This document shows, piece after piece, positions 1 to 11,334 of a DNA stretch of 64,000 nucleotides (position 1 is the stretch's first letter; each line of letters begins with the position of its first letter). The position numbers and the translations under genes were made by a program. Origin of the DNA: Hyaloraphidium curvatum SAG 235-1 (Eukaryota; Fungi; Monoblepharomycota); NCBI GenBank assembly GCA_025558095.1, contig JAIVFI010000009.1:124001-188000 (forward strand). The letters are read 5' to 3'. The notes under the pieces were generated by a model. It worked only from the letters and a program-made list of their open reading frames with translations, was not told where the DNA came from and ran no database searches.

Positions 1-1416
1 CCCGCCGGAAAAGTCGAGCGTGCCGAGCGGCTTGACGCTGACGGCGGCCGGGGAGCCCGGCGGGCACAGCGGCGAGTCGAGGTTGCGCGAGGTCATCAGC
101 AGGTGCGAGGCCGGCACGTAGGCGGATGTCGATGCGGGGTCGGCGCACGGCGAGTGCAGCACGAGGAAGCTGCGCGGATCGGGCGGCGACAGCGGCGCGT
201 TGAAGTCCAGGAAGCGCGCCGCCGACGCGCGCAGGGCGGCCACGCGGGCCTCGCCCGCCGACAGCGACACGCCGATGCGCATGCCCGCGCCGAGGGGGCC
301 GACGCCCGACGCCGACACGGTGCGCACGGTGCATCCCCAGGTTTTGGAGGCGGCGGCCTCCTGCGGCGTCAGCTCGACCTGGATCGCCCGGTACGGCGTC
401 ACGAAGGCCTTGCTGATGCGGCCGTCGGGCACCGGGTCCGATGCCGAGGCGGCCGAGAAGCAGTCCACGGCGAAGCCGGTCACGCGCGAGTCCGAGTCCC
501 AGAAGCGCGAGCCGTATGCGCGCACGCCGCGCCCGTTGGCAAAGGTGCCCCAGCCGATCGAGAAGGCGGTCTCGGAGACGAGCAGCACCGAAAGCGGGCC
601 CGGGGGTATCGGCAGCGTCGGGTCCTGCGCGTCCTTGGTGGCGATCGCGGCCGCCGGGGGAGGGGGCGTCGGCTGCGGGTTGATGGTCGACTTTGGCGCT
701 GATGGCGATGGCGGAGGTGGAGGCGGGGGAGCGGGCGGCGGCGGGGGTGGCGGGCTGGGCGGCCGCGTCGTCGTCTTTGCGGGAGGCGGGGGCGGCGGGG
801 GGGCGGGCGCCTTTGTCGTCCGCACGACGGCCGGCGGCGTGGTGACCTTTGGCGCGGCCGTCGTCGGCCTCGGCGCCACGGCGTCCCCGGCGCCCCGCTT
901 CGTCGTCAGCCGCCGCCTGCTCGTCGTCAGCCGCCGCCTGCTCGTCGTCTTGCGCCTCCGCGACGTGGTCTTCCTGACCGCCTTCCTCGTCGTCTTCCTC
1001 GCCGCCCTCTTTGTCGTCTTCCTCGCGACCAGCTGCCTCCGCGCCATCCGCCGCCGCTCCGCCTCCAGCGCGCCCACCGCCGCGCCGCCCTTTGCCCGGC
1101 CCTCCTCCGCCCTCAGTCTGCGCTCCTCCATCTCGCGCCCGCGCCGCGCCCGCTCCTCGGCCAGCAGCGCCGAGCCCTCCTCGACCGTCCGCGCCCGCTC
1201 GTACGCCAGCTCGTCCCAGAACCCCGGCACCTCGCGGTCCGCGTTCCCCTTGCCGTGCGCGAACGCCGGCGCCCTGCTCCCGCCGTGGTTGTGCAGCGCC
1301 GCCGACGCGTCCGACCGCCGTTTGTGGAGGAGAAAAGGCGTGCCCGCCGCGAGCGGCAGGAGCAGCAGCAGCGCCGCCGCCGCCCACGCCGCGGCACGGA
1401 TCTCGCTCGGGCGCAT
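1..1416 (-). CDS. Secreted protein with signal peptide, Arg/Lys/Thr-rich and Pro-rich linker, and a C-terminal globular domain; runs off the left window edge
   Basis: Manual minus-strand translation from ATG 1416 gives MRPSEIRAAAWAAAALLLLPLAAG (signal peptide), then KTTSRRRKTTSRRRLTTSRRRLTTKR and poly-Pro, open to base 1. The + strand ORF 200..1543 is its antisense shadow. Confidence 0.75.
   Translation of the reverse strand, partial: MRPSEIRAAAWAAAALLLLLPLAAGTPFLLHKRRSDASAALHNHGGSRAPAFAHGKGNADREVPGFWDELAYERARTVEEGSALLAEERARRGREMEERRLRAEEGRAKGGAAVGALEAERRRMARRQLVARKTTKRAARKTTRKAVRKTTSRRRKTTSRRRLTTSRRRLTTKRGAGDAVAPRPTTAAPKVTTPPAVVRTTKAPAPPPPPPPAKTTTRPPSPPPPPPPAPPPPPPPSPSAPKSTINPQPTPPPPAAAIATKDAQDPTLPIPPGPLSVLLVSETAFSIGWGTFANGRGVRAYGSRFWDSDSRVTGFAVDCFSAASASDPVPDGRISKAFVTPYRAIQVELTPQEAAASKTWGCTVRTVSASGVGPLGAGMRIGVSLSAGEARVAALRASAARFLDFNAPLSPPDPRSFLVLHSPCADPASTSAYVPASHLLMTSRNLDSPLCPPGSPAAVSVKPLGTLDFSGG
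901..948. repeat. 21-bp coding tandem repeat (tcgtcgtcagccgccgcctgc, ~2.3 copies; encodes TTSRRRL)
   Basis: Seen directly in the sequence. Confidence 0.8.
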
Positions 1417-2086
1417 CTCAGGAGCGTGCGGGAAGACGGCGGGACCGCCCGGGGGGGCGCACGGGCCGGGGAGCCATTCTGGGATGTTGGCACCGCCAGA
1501 GGGTCTTTTGCAACGGCAAGGTGAGGTCGGCGGCTGGTGCTGATGACGGCAACCCCCAATCCCCCCCGACCTTCCGACCGCCCGGATTGGCTCCGGAGAG
1601 CCGCCCAAACTCGTCCGGAGGGATCAACCGGACCATTCGTGGGGCAGCGTGACCGGGGAGGTGCGGATCCCGGATGACTCGCCGTCCCTCTGCGGCGTCC
1701 CCCCAGGCAGGGCCGGGGACCACAGCCCTGCGCTTCCCCTGGCGAAAACGGGACCGTCGGAACGGCGGGTGCCACGGGCATAATCTCCGGAAATCGCTGG
1801 TGCGGGAAAAGTAGGCCGGACCGGTGGGGATGGGGACGGTGAAGCTCGTCCGCAAGCTGCACCCACGAGCCGCGCCCGGAATGGGACCGTGGTGGCGCGC
1901 ATCGCGCGTCCGGCAGGTCCGGCGCCGGCACGATCAGGATAAAACGGTCCGGTGGGGAAGTGCAGAGGGGCGATTCGGCTGGACTCTGGGAAGCGGACCG
2001 GTTCTGAAGGCTTCCGTGATCAGTGATGAGCCGTATAACAGACGAGCGCGGGCGGAGCCCACCAACCCGAATTGACGATTTGAAAA

Positions 2087-2497
2087 ATGCCGAAGCCCGG
2101 TTCCAAAAACCACCAGATTATGAGGACGTTCCAGCAGAAGGCCGAAGCGCACGCCAAAAGGTCCGGGGAGATTGCAGCCCGCCGGCGGAACGGGGCAGCT
2201 GATGGTGCGGACGTGCTGAAGCGGGACAGGCTGGCCAAGGAGTTCCTCGACGGCTTTTCCGAACCGCGGGATGCACTCCTTGCCCTCGACTTCCGCATGG
2301 TCAGAGAGGACATCCACGACTGGTACGAGCGCACCGCTCCCGACGGGACCCGGCAGCATGTCTCGCTTCCAAAGACCCCAAGCGACAATGCCCGTTGGAA
2401 GAAGAACAAGTTCAGCGAGATCAAAGGCAAGGCCTCCGAAGGAATGTTGCGCATGCCTTGGGGCAACTGCAGGCTCAGCTCTACAGTAGAGGCGTAG
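2087..2497 (+). CDS. Hypothetical 136-aa protein
   Basis: ATG in AAAATG context; balanced charged composition unlike the GC shadow ORFs; no family recognised. Confidence 0.5.
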   Translation: MPKPGSKNHQIMRTFQQKAEAHAKRSGEIAARRRNGAADGADVLKRDRLAKEFLDGFSEPRDALLALDFRMVREDIHDWYERTAPDGTRQHVSLPKTPSDNARWKKNKFSEIKGKASEGMLRMPWGNCRLSSTVEA

Positions 2498-2728
2498 GAT
2501 GTCAGGCAGAATCCAATAGACGATAGAGCAAGAACCCGGGATAAGGCTTCGGAAGAGCTTTTCTGCTCAAGACAAGTGATCGGAGGTTGAAGGCGGAGCG
2601 AACAAGATGTCGCTGCTCAGCCACCGCAGCTCTCAACTCCTCAAACGTCCGATTCCCGGCGCACCTTCGAGCCGTGCCGCAGTCTCCGGCCCGAAGACAC
2701 GCCGCCCAATCAACCCGCCGTCACCCCG

Positions 2729-4598
2729 ATGGATCTGCCTGGCGCCGCGGAGCCCGCGCCCGAGCCGCGCACGGCGGCGGCCCAGGCGCTGGAGCGCGGG
2801 CTGCGCGCCCCGCTGGAGGTGCCGCTGTGGATGCCCAACGCGGGTGTCGTGCTGGAAGCGTTGGACGCCGACCGGCCACTCGCGGTGGTGACCCTGGAGG
2901 GGCTGGCGGAGGCGGCGGATGCGGTGGCGGAATGCATCTTGTGGACGGCCGAACGCGGCCACGTCCAGCCTGCCGAGGGGGCCCTGGTGCCGGCCGCCCG
3001 CACGAAGCCGGTGGCCGTGAGAGGCGTGTTCAACATGCCCGGCTCCAGCCCCCTTCCGTGGCCTCTGCGGAGGGGCGGTCCGGCGTCGTCGCTTGCCGGC
3101 GACTCTAAGCAGGCACCTCGGCTGCACCCGGACATCTGGTACCAGATCGCCCAGTACGTGGACCGCAAGGTCTGGTTTCAGCTGCACATGGTATGCAGGG
3201 AAGCCTACGATGCCTCCGAAATGCTCCCGCCCTGGCGCACGCTGGCCTTCAAGCAGGCCTTCCTTTCGCGAAACCTGAGCATGCTCCTCTCACTCGCGGC
3301 ATCGCCGCGCAAGTTTGGTCACCAGATCCGCGAAGTCGTCCTCGACGGGACGGTTTGGGCCGCGGCTGACCTGTGCGGGAGCCACCAAGTGGAGCAGATG
3401 CGCGGGGTGTTTGGGAACGTGCTCGTCGCCGAGCGCGATCACCTCCTCCCACTCCTGCCCACCCTGCTGCCCAATGTGCGCAGGCTTTCGTTGCTCGACT
3501 ACTCCATCCCCGACAGTTCCCTCGACGTCCTGCTGCGCAGCTGGCCCCGGCTCGAGGTGTTCCGGTGCAACGGACATGGCGACTTTTCGCGCTCCGGCAA
3601 GGCGGTCATCTCCGTCCCTGTGATGCCCGGCGACCGGGGGTTCTTCGATGGCTGCACGCCACACCAGCGGCACCTCCGCTTCATCGACCTCTCCGGCATC
3701 CACCTGGCCCCGCACGCAGCCGGCCCGGCCGCCGATCTGGCGAGGGACATGCCGGCATTGCCGGCCCTGCGGTGTCTGGATCTGTGCGGGACCGACGCTC
3801 CCGTTGAGGTGATGACGCGCTACCCGGGGCTGTCCGCATAGCTGACGCTCCGCATTCCATGCACAGCTCGTCACAGCCCTCCTCGACAAGTCCCCCGGTC
3901 TCCGCTGCTTCGGCTACGGCCGCACGCCCGGCCAGCGCTCCCCCCGCAACCGCCGCCCCTCGGCCCCCGACGTCATATCCCGCTGCCGCGGGCTCGAGGT
4001 CCTTGTGCTCGCCGAGATCGCGCACGATTTCTTCCCTCCCATCCAACCCGGCCAGGGGCACCTGGCGTCGGGGCTGCGCAACCTCCGGTCCCTCTCAGTG
4101 CGGCAGGAAGGACAGGCCCACCCCACGTGGGCGGGGGAATACCTATCCCAGGCCGCCGGCCTGGCCACCATCGAATGGGACGCCCTCGCCGGGTCCGGCC
4201 TGGAAAGCCTCCTCAGAACCTGCGGCCACCCCCTGCGCCGCCTGGTGATCACCTCCTCCCGCCCCCGCGTGCGGCATCCCGGGGACAAGGAACCCGAGCC
4301 GAGGGACGGCGACTTCCGCGCCATCATGTCCGCGTGCCCCCTGCTCCGCGAGGTTGTGTTTGACGGGGACGTGCGCGTGGACCCCTGGAGGGCGTCGGAC
4401 CTGGTGTTCCGGTGCACAGACGTGCGGGTGATGCTTGCGCCCCCGAGTGGGGAGGATGGGGTGCAGATCGGGCTGCCCGAAGACCCGCGGATGAGGGGAC
4501 AGGTGGTGCTTCTGCGGGAGGAGGTGCAACCGGCGCTGCGGTTAGCAGAGTGCGCGGAGGCTCGGGGATGGATGGAGGGATCTGTTGCGCATAGGTGA
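2729..4598 (+). CDS. F-box-like / RNI-type LRR protein (intron ~3809-3866)
   Basis: F-box-like segment LHPDIWYQIAQYV...LHMVCRE; LRR-like units (LRFIDLSG, LRCLDLCG). An intron gtgatg...gctgac...gcacag joins ORF 2729..3841 to the frame of ORF 4005..4598. Confidence 0.7.
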
Positions 4599-5282
4599 GG
4601 TTCCCCAACCGTTTTAGTGATCGCCCCCCCGGGCGCCCGGCAGTAGGAGATCCGCCCACCAGCGGGTCCAGAGGGCCAGTGAGCCTCGCAAGAAATCCGT
4701 ACGCACGATTCGATGGGTTTCGCATCCGCGCGGGAACCCCGTTGCCGGCGTCCGACCGACCGATCGATCCTCCCCCGGCGAAGCCCCTGTCGATCCCCGA
4801 GCCGCCATCGGGAAGGCTGAGCGGATCGCGTGGCATCCTCTGCCGGCTCCGCGAGCCGAGGATGGCGCCTTTAGAAAGCCTCAACTGGACGCGTGGGGTC
4901 GGGCACTGGAAGCTCAAAAGCGCGCGTGTGTAATGAGGAGCTAGCAATCCCACCGTACACTTAGAAATCCCCCTACGCCCCAAGAATCAGCTCCTCATCT
5001 ACATTCAAACCAAAGCGCGCGCGCACACCTCTCAGAAATTAGGCGACCTAATTACATCAGGTCATCACATCAGGCCAGCACATCAGAGAAAAAATGTTTT
5101 GATCGAACAGAACACGAAACTCTACCATCAAGGCATAACATCTGCACAAAACCTGATACGAACCCAATTACTGCAGACACAAAAGGTAAATGGACCACAA
5201 GTCAGAAGTCAACTCTGGACACTGACTTCCTACCTCCTACAGACTCGTCGATCCTATCCATCAATCCGACTCAGACAAAGCC

Positions 5283-6131
5283 ATGGCTGCGATGCCGACC
5301 CTGCTGATCAAGTTCACCGACCCCGCCAGCCCAGCCCCCGAGCCAACCCAAGCCGCCGGACCCCTCCGCCCGCCGGCGGGCCCCGCGGTCGGCGGCGTCT
5401 TGATGGAGCTCTCCGATGCCCTCGGAGCCTTCTGCCGCGGGAGGATCACGAGGTTCGGGCTCCTGGTGGACTTGGAGCGCTTCCTCTCCGCCAACGGGTA
5501 CCACGCCGCCGCCAATGCCGTGAGTGCCGCGATCGGCGCGGAGATCGGGGCCGAGAGGCAGGAGCGCGTGGGGGTGCAGATGGCGGCCATAGAGGAACTT
5601 GAGGAGATGGCGCTGGCGGCGGTCAGGGAGGAAGTCGTTGCTGAGATGGCTGGGAAGGTCGCCGAGGCCGAGAGGGAGGCCGCCGAGAAGATAGAGCGGG
5701 AGGTGGACAAGGCCAGGAAGTAGGCCGTCGAAGCAGCGAGCAAGGTCAATGGTGGGTCCTTTGTGGATATCCGGGCGGATCAGCCAGCGTGCGAATAACC
5801 GGCGCGTGCAGCCGAACTCAAGGTCGTGGCTGAGAAGAAACTCAGGATGCTGGTCAACAAGTTCAAGCAGATGCGGCACGTGTCTGGCAAGGAGGTGCCC
5901 GACACCATCCCGCCCACCATCGACCCGGAGTTCTTGCAGACGCTATTGGACAAGTTCCAGAGGGCGAAGTACGCGGAAATCATCCAGATCTGTGAGAAGG
6001 TCAAACGGCAGGCTGTTGCCGGCGGTGTTGAGGGTGGGATCGTCGGCCAAGGAACGCCGGTCGATGTCGCTCAGGCCATGGAGGAAATCATCGACAAAGT
6101 CCGCAAGCTGGATCTGGTTGCAGCTGCCTAG
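5283..6131 (+). CDS. Hypothetical helical/coiled-coil protein (intron ~5720-5822; probable 5'-UTR intron 5186-5242)
   Basis: ORFs 5283..5723 and 5826..6131 can be joined by a gtaggc...caag intron. An upstream gtaaat...actgac...tacag intron-like segment is also present. Confidence 0.5.
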
Positions 6132-6246
6132 AGAACATGTAGATGGCCCGAGCCTCACCAGAACAGGTCTAGCATTGCCAGTCGGCGACGTCGCGGCTGT
6201 AGATCAGCTGTGCAGTTCCTTCCGTCCTCCCTCCTTTGCGACAAAG

Positions 6247-6981
6247 CTAGTCGTCCGTGTCGGGCCGAAGGCAAGTCCGAAGAACAGGCTCCGCGACTCT
6301 TAGCGCGCTCATGAAACCCTCGTTGGGCTCCACGGTGCCCCGGAACCTTCGCACGTGGGCCAGCGCCTCGTCCACCCCCATGTCCAGGCACGCCATCACG
6401 TACGCCACCGTCACCGCGCCGCTGCGGCTCTTGCCCTGGGCGCAGTGGACCAGGCAGTTGGTAACGCCCGCCCGCACGCGATGGACGAACCGCACCGCGT
6501 TGACCAGCAGCTCCGGCGGCAGGGCCTGCTCTGCGTAGTCCATGAGCTCCAGTCGGAGCACCTCCAGCTGCCCCAGCTCGAGCAACGGGCGCACCTCGAC
6601 GGCCCATTTCGGAAACATGGCTTCCAGCCCCTTCGCACAGTTGACGGCGTGCGCGATGTCGTGCTCGCGCAGGAACCGCGCCCTGCACGCCTCAAACCCG
6701 CCGATCCAGAGTTTCCCAGCGAGCCCGTCGCCCAGCTCGACCCGGTTCGCGGGTTCCCCGGCCTGCCCTGCCGCGATGAACTTCCCGACCTGCTCGAGGC
6801 CCTCGGCGCCCAGTGCGACGGCGGTGGGCGCGTGGTCCGTCAGCCAAAGGCCGCATTCACGGCATTGGCGGGGTCTGAACGCGTGGGTGGTGAAGCGGGA
6901 GCACGCGTGGGGCAAGGAGCGGAACTGGAGCTGGCCGAGGAAGTCCGGCGTCGAGGTCGCGTCCGGCGGCGCGGAGACCAT
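6247..6981 (-). CDS. Dual-specificity protein phosphatase with an N-terminal Cys/His motif
   Basis: Catalytic loop LVHCAQGKSRSG, then AYVM and VEPNEGF (DSP signatures); upstream LWIGG...IAHAVNC; intronless. Confidence 0.9.
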   Translation of the reverse strand: MVSAPPDATSTPDFLGQLQFRSLPHACSRFTTHAFRPRQCRECGLWLTDHAPTAVALGAEGLEQVGKFIAAGQAGEPANRVELGDGLAGKLWIGGFEACRARFLREHDIAHAVNCAKGLEAMFPKWAVEVRPLLELGQLEVLRLELMDYAEQALPPELLVNAVRFVHRVRAGVTNCLVHCAQGKSRSGAVTVAYVMACLDMGVDEALAHVRRFRGTVEPNEGFMSALRVAEPVLRTCLRPDTDD

Positions 6982-7555
6982 GATACGGAGATGGAGAGCG
7001 CGCCGAAAATGGCAGACAGAAAGCCGAAACGGGGCAACAAAGGTGGGCTGCAACGCGGTCCTGCGACAGCGAGTCGCGCCCCGTAGACCAGGCCCGCCCG
7101 TCCGTCAAGGAAAACCGTCCCACGATGCCGGCTTCCCGCTTTGCGCCTGGAACGAGGCCACGTCGGCACGTCGGGACGACGGATATCTGGCCAACAAAAT
7201 ACCAGCTACCTCGACTCTTGCCTTCGGTGTCGCGGCTGCGTTTGTGGACCTCCGTCCGGGTATACTTCGCGCTTCCAACCGCGCTTGGTAACTAGGGAGA
7301 CTTATAGACTAACCAATGTGTGGAAAATGATCAAACATGTTCTGTGGACTTTGAGACTTGATTCAAAACAACCAGTATTGAGGCCTGTCTTCTCCTGATT
7401 GACAGAGGTTTGGCTTACATGGGCTAGACAGGATGCGTAGTGAAGGGCATAGACTACTAAAGAGAGTTGCGAGATCGCTATATGAATAAGTGCCACATAT
7501 AAAAGGACATTGCACCAGCTGCGTACACAAGTGGGTATCGCCTTCATGCCATCCG

Positions 7556-10523
7556 TCAGACCCAGACCACGATGCCCCCCTGGACCCAGCTCTCGATCAC
7601 CTCCTCCACCTCCCCTTCCCCCAGCCGGCAAATCCGCACCGCATCCGCCAGCTTCCTCGCCTTCTTCCCCGCCGGCGACACCGGCACCGCGTACGACAGG
7701 CGCGCCGAGGCCGTGCGCCCGGGCTCGAGCACGCGCGGGCCGAACGAGACCGCGGGATCGGCGAGGTACGCGCGGGCGTCCCAGTCGGGCGCGGCGGCGG
7801 GGGAATCGCGAAGGGGAGGGACGTGCAGGGCGAGGTCGCGGAAGGAGAGGTGCGAGGAGCGGTTGGAGAGGCTGACGTTGAGGTGCACGGTCTGCGCCGA
7901 GGCCTTGCTGGCGACCTGGGGAAAGGTTGCTGGAGAGCAAGGAGTGTGAGCAGGCGGCACTGATTGTTCCCTGGCCGATGGGTGCAGCTCACCTTGCCAG
8001 GTCATCACCAGGATGCCCGCCTCGAACGCCGCCTTGAGCTCCCCGCGCGCCTGCTCCGCGAGCCCACCGTCGGACACGGGCAACCGCACCTCGCCGTCCA
8101 CGAACATCGACCTCCTCGCCAACCGAAGCGGGAACAGAGGCACCGACGGCACCATCGGGGTAAAGTCCAGCACCGCGGCGAACCTCGCCGTCCCGGTCTC
8201 GGCGCCCCTCCGCCAAGCGATCCTGACGGCGCACTCCCTCTGCAATCTCGTCTCGTTCAGTCCCCTTGCGGCCGCGAGCTCGAACACCCATTCGGGCCCG
8301 GCGTGCACCGCGAGCACGGCGCACCCGGGCGCCGACAAGCCCACGGAATCCACCTCCACCGCCGGATCCGACGCGAACGGCACCACCCTCACATCCCAGA
8401 GGTTCCCCATTCCGTCCCCCCTCAGGCCCCTCTCCTCGAGCCTCACGTCCACCTCCACCGGCTCCATCACCCCCGCCGCCGCCGCCGCCCTCCTCGCCGC
8501 CGGCGCGGGGAGCGGCACCGGCGGGAGCAGCATCAGCTCCGGCGGCGCTTCGCGGCCCGACGTGCGCGGGGGGGCGGGGAGCAGCCTCACGGCGTGGGTG
8601 TTGTGCGCGTGCCGGACGAGGGCGAGGGCGGTAAGGGTGCGTGAGAAGCGGCGCGCAGAGGGGTCCGTGCCGAGTTCGGGGTGGCGCGGGCGGAGGCAGG
8701 TGTCTTCCGCGGAAGGGTGGGAGGGGATGCGGGAGTGTGATGGAGGGAGGGAGAGGTCCACCGAGGCTTCGAGGGCGAGCGGCGCGGTAGGAAGCCACAC
8801 CCCGTCCGTTGCTTCACACGCTTGTCAGCATCGAGCACTTCAAAGGGCAAGCGCATCGACGTACCTGTATCCAAGGGCACCTCGACCTTCACCTCCACCC
8901 TCCTACCCTCCCTCCCCTCCCCCTCCTTTTCCCACAACACCCTCACCCCCATCCCCTCCATCTTTCCCACCCTCCCCACCCTCGTCGCCAGATGCACCCT
9001 CCCTCCCGTCCCATGAACAATCCTTACCCTCGGATCCCCCGCGTCCCCCTCGTCGGCTGCGGTGTCGGGGGTCCCCGCCGACCCCGCGCTCTCCTCGCTC
9101 CCGCGCTCGGCGATGGTTTCGAGGGAGTCGGAGCGGCCGATCCAGGGTTTCGGCGGGGGGCGGGGCGGGGGCGATGAGGAGGAAGAGGACGATGAGGAGG
9201 ATGAGGAGGTGCCGTAGAGGCCCGGATCGCCGTCGCTCTCGGTGTCCGATTCCGTGCCCGACGACGAGACCTCGGAATCCGACGCCTCGGCGTCCGATCC
9301 GGAGCCGTACGCGCCGTCGGATTCCGTTTCGCTGTCCGACACGGCGCCGCGGACGAAAAGCTCGCCCAGGAGGCCCGTGAACACGGTCCCGCGCGGCGCT
9401 TCCTGCCGGCCCGCGCGGCGCGGTCCCCGCGCACCCCTTGCGAGGCGGTCGGTGCCGCCAAAGGAGCTCCGCGACGGCGGTGGTGCAGCGACGATCGTCG
9501 ACGGATGGGAGGAAAGCAGCTCCCATATCGCCGGGCGTTCCTCCCCCCCGGGCAGGTCGTGCGGATCGTCGGCGCCGGGTGCGGCCAGGGAAGCGTCCAC
9601 GCGCATCCGCAGGTTCGCGAGGAAGGCGGCGAGGTCCGGGTTCTCGTCGGCGCGCTCCTCGGGGGTATGTTCCGCGAGCTCGGGGATGAGCGGCGGCAGG
9701 GGCGGGGAGGCGAGGGGGCCGCGGAAGGGGAAGGTGAGCAGGACTTTCAGGGTTGCGCGCTGGCCTGTGGGCCAAAGATGCGACAACGCGGTCAGCACTG
9801 CAACTAATCGCAAAGAGCGGCAAAAGACCCACCGAGAAAGATGGGCTGGTCCGAAAGACCGCCGACCGGCTCGATGCCTAGTTCCACGGTCGCGGCTTCC
9901 AGTGCGGAATGCCACCGGCCGTGGAGTGCCAGCAGCTCCTCCAGCGCCCGCACCTTGCCCAATGGATGGAGATCCGCCAGCGGCTCGCCGAGAAACCCCG
10001 CCGGCTTTGTCTTGGCGGCATCGTTTTCGCCCGCAGAAGGCGTCCGCGGGGTCGCGGGCGTTCCCCCTGCGGAAAACGAGCCCCGCGGGGACGCGGCAAC
10101 TGTCCGGTCGCCCGCCGATGTCCGGCCTTCCGCGTGAGGCGCAGCGGCCCGCACTGCGGCCTCGATCTGCGCGGCGAGCTCGCGCGAGGCGCGTTCGGTG
10201 CGGATGCGGCACGGCGGCCTCGCGGGGCCCGCCGTGGCCGCGGGCACCCGCCGATCCGAGACTTCCCACTCGCGGTCGCCGGAGAACCGCTTCGAGGCGT
10301 GCGGCGCGCGCGTCGGGGTGCCGTGCGACGGCAGCGAAACCGAAGCGTCGCGGCGGACGAGCGGCGGCCGCGCCCCGCGGCCCACGGAGCCGCCCGCCGC
10401 CCCGCCGCCGTCCGCGGCAATCGCCTTCGCTGTCCGCATTTCCGCACGGTCGCCGGGCGCGGGGCCCCACGGCGAGGAGCCGCCGCCGCGCGATCCCTGT
10501 CGAGTCACGGCCGGGCGACTCAT
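7556..10523 (-). CDS. Large hypothetical protein with a Ser/Asp-rich low-complexity centre (~3 introns: ~9767-9832, ~8811-8865, ~7930-7992)
   Basis: ORFs 9804..10655, 8587..10470 and 7556..8800 join in frame via GT-AG introns with GCTGAC branch sites (FLG|QRATL, DT|ATDGVWL); no family recognised. Confidence 0.6.
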
Positions 10524-10749
10524 CGCGTCAGGCGCGCGGCATTCCGGCCTGCCGACGCCGGGCAATCGCGCCGGGCATATTTCAAGGTCTGCCGAGGGCG
10601 GCTCTTTGGGTATAGAGGGCTTTGCGTGCCGGCGGTGGGAGCCGGTGCACTGCAACAGGACCCGTGAATGGACCGGCCCACGCGCACGTCGGAGACGGGG
10701 ACCTCAACACCCCACTTCTGCAGCCATACCCCCATTTCTCACCGCCAAA

Positions 10750-11334
10750 TCACTCGGACACCATCGAATAGCCCGCCTCCCTCATCCTCTGGGGGTCCGA
10801 CACCGCCACGCTCGCGCTGCGCTCCCCGAGTCCGCAGAGATCGCACTCCATACCCCACTCCTGGGTCCATTCCTCGGAGGACGCGCCCGTACGCACGAGA
10901 TCGAACGAGTGCCGGTGCCGGGCGATGAGGTGCGAGCAGTTGCTGCAGATGTCTGCGATTCGTCGGTCAGAGAGCGAACTAGACGGGGAGGAATGGCCGA
11001 ACCCACGTTCGTACGTCGTCCGCTCCTCGTCCTCGCCGTACGTCTCCTCTTCTTCCTCTTCCTCGTCATCATCTTGAGCACCGTTGGGCTGCCTGTCCGT
11101 TCTCGACGCGTTCGACGCGTCCTCCCCGTTCTGCCCCCCGGCCCCGGCTCCAAGTCCACTTTGGCCCGTTCCCCTGACGACAACCTCCACACCATTCAGC
11201 TTCCTCCCGCGCACCCCCGGCAGATCGCGCTTTCCGCACGCCCGGCAGCCCTTGAAGTTCACCAAATAGGCCCCCGAGTCCAAAGCGGTGGTACCGCGCT
11301 CGGGGAGCACCGAGACCAGGCAGCCGTGGCACAT
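10750..11334 (-). CDS. CHURC1: Churchill-domain zinc-binding protein (intron 10953-11006)
   Basis: Spliced product MCHGCL..LPERGTTALDSGAYLVNFKGCRACGKRD...TYEHICSNCSHLIARHRHSF...QEWGMECDLCGLGE..SV..DP follows, motif by motif, the animal Churchill pattern as recalled (MCxxC..PxRG..LENGSFLLNFxGCxxCxKRD..TYDHLCxNCHHVIARH..QEYTMxCLLCGKAE..DP). Confidence 0.9.
   Translation of the reverse strand: MCHGCLVSVLPERGTTALDSGAYLVNFKGCRACGKRDLPGVRGRKLNGVEVVVRGTGQSGLGAGAGGQNGEDASNASRTDRQPNGAQDDDEEEEEEETYGEDEERTTYERGFGHSSPSSSLSDRRIADICSNCSHLIARHRHSFDLVRTGASSEEWTQEWGMECDLCGLGERSASVAVSDPQRMREAGYSMVSE

Noticed and set aside
200-1543. Long + strand ORF (447 aa) and many similar Arg/Pro/Ala-rich ORFs, for example 8013..9380, 21706..23892, 41304..43385, 43641..45569
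   Set aside because: These are antisense or alternative-frame shadows of real genes; stop codons are rare at this GC content.
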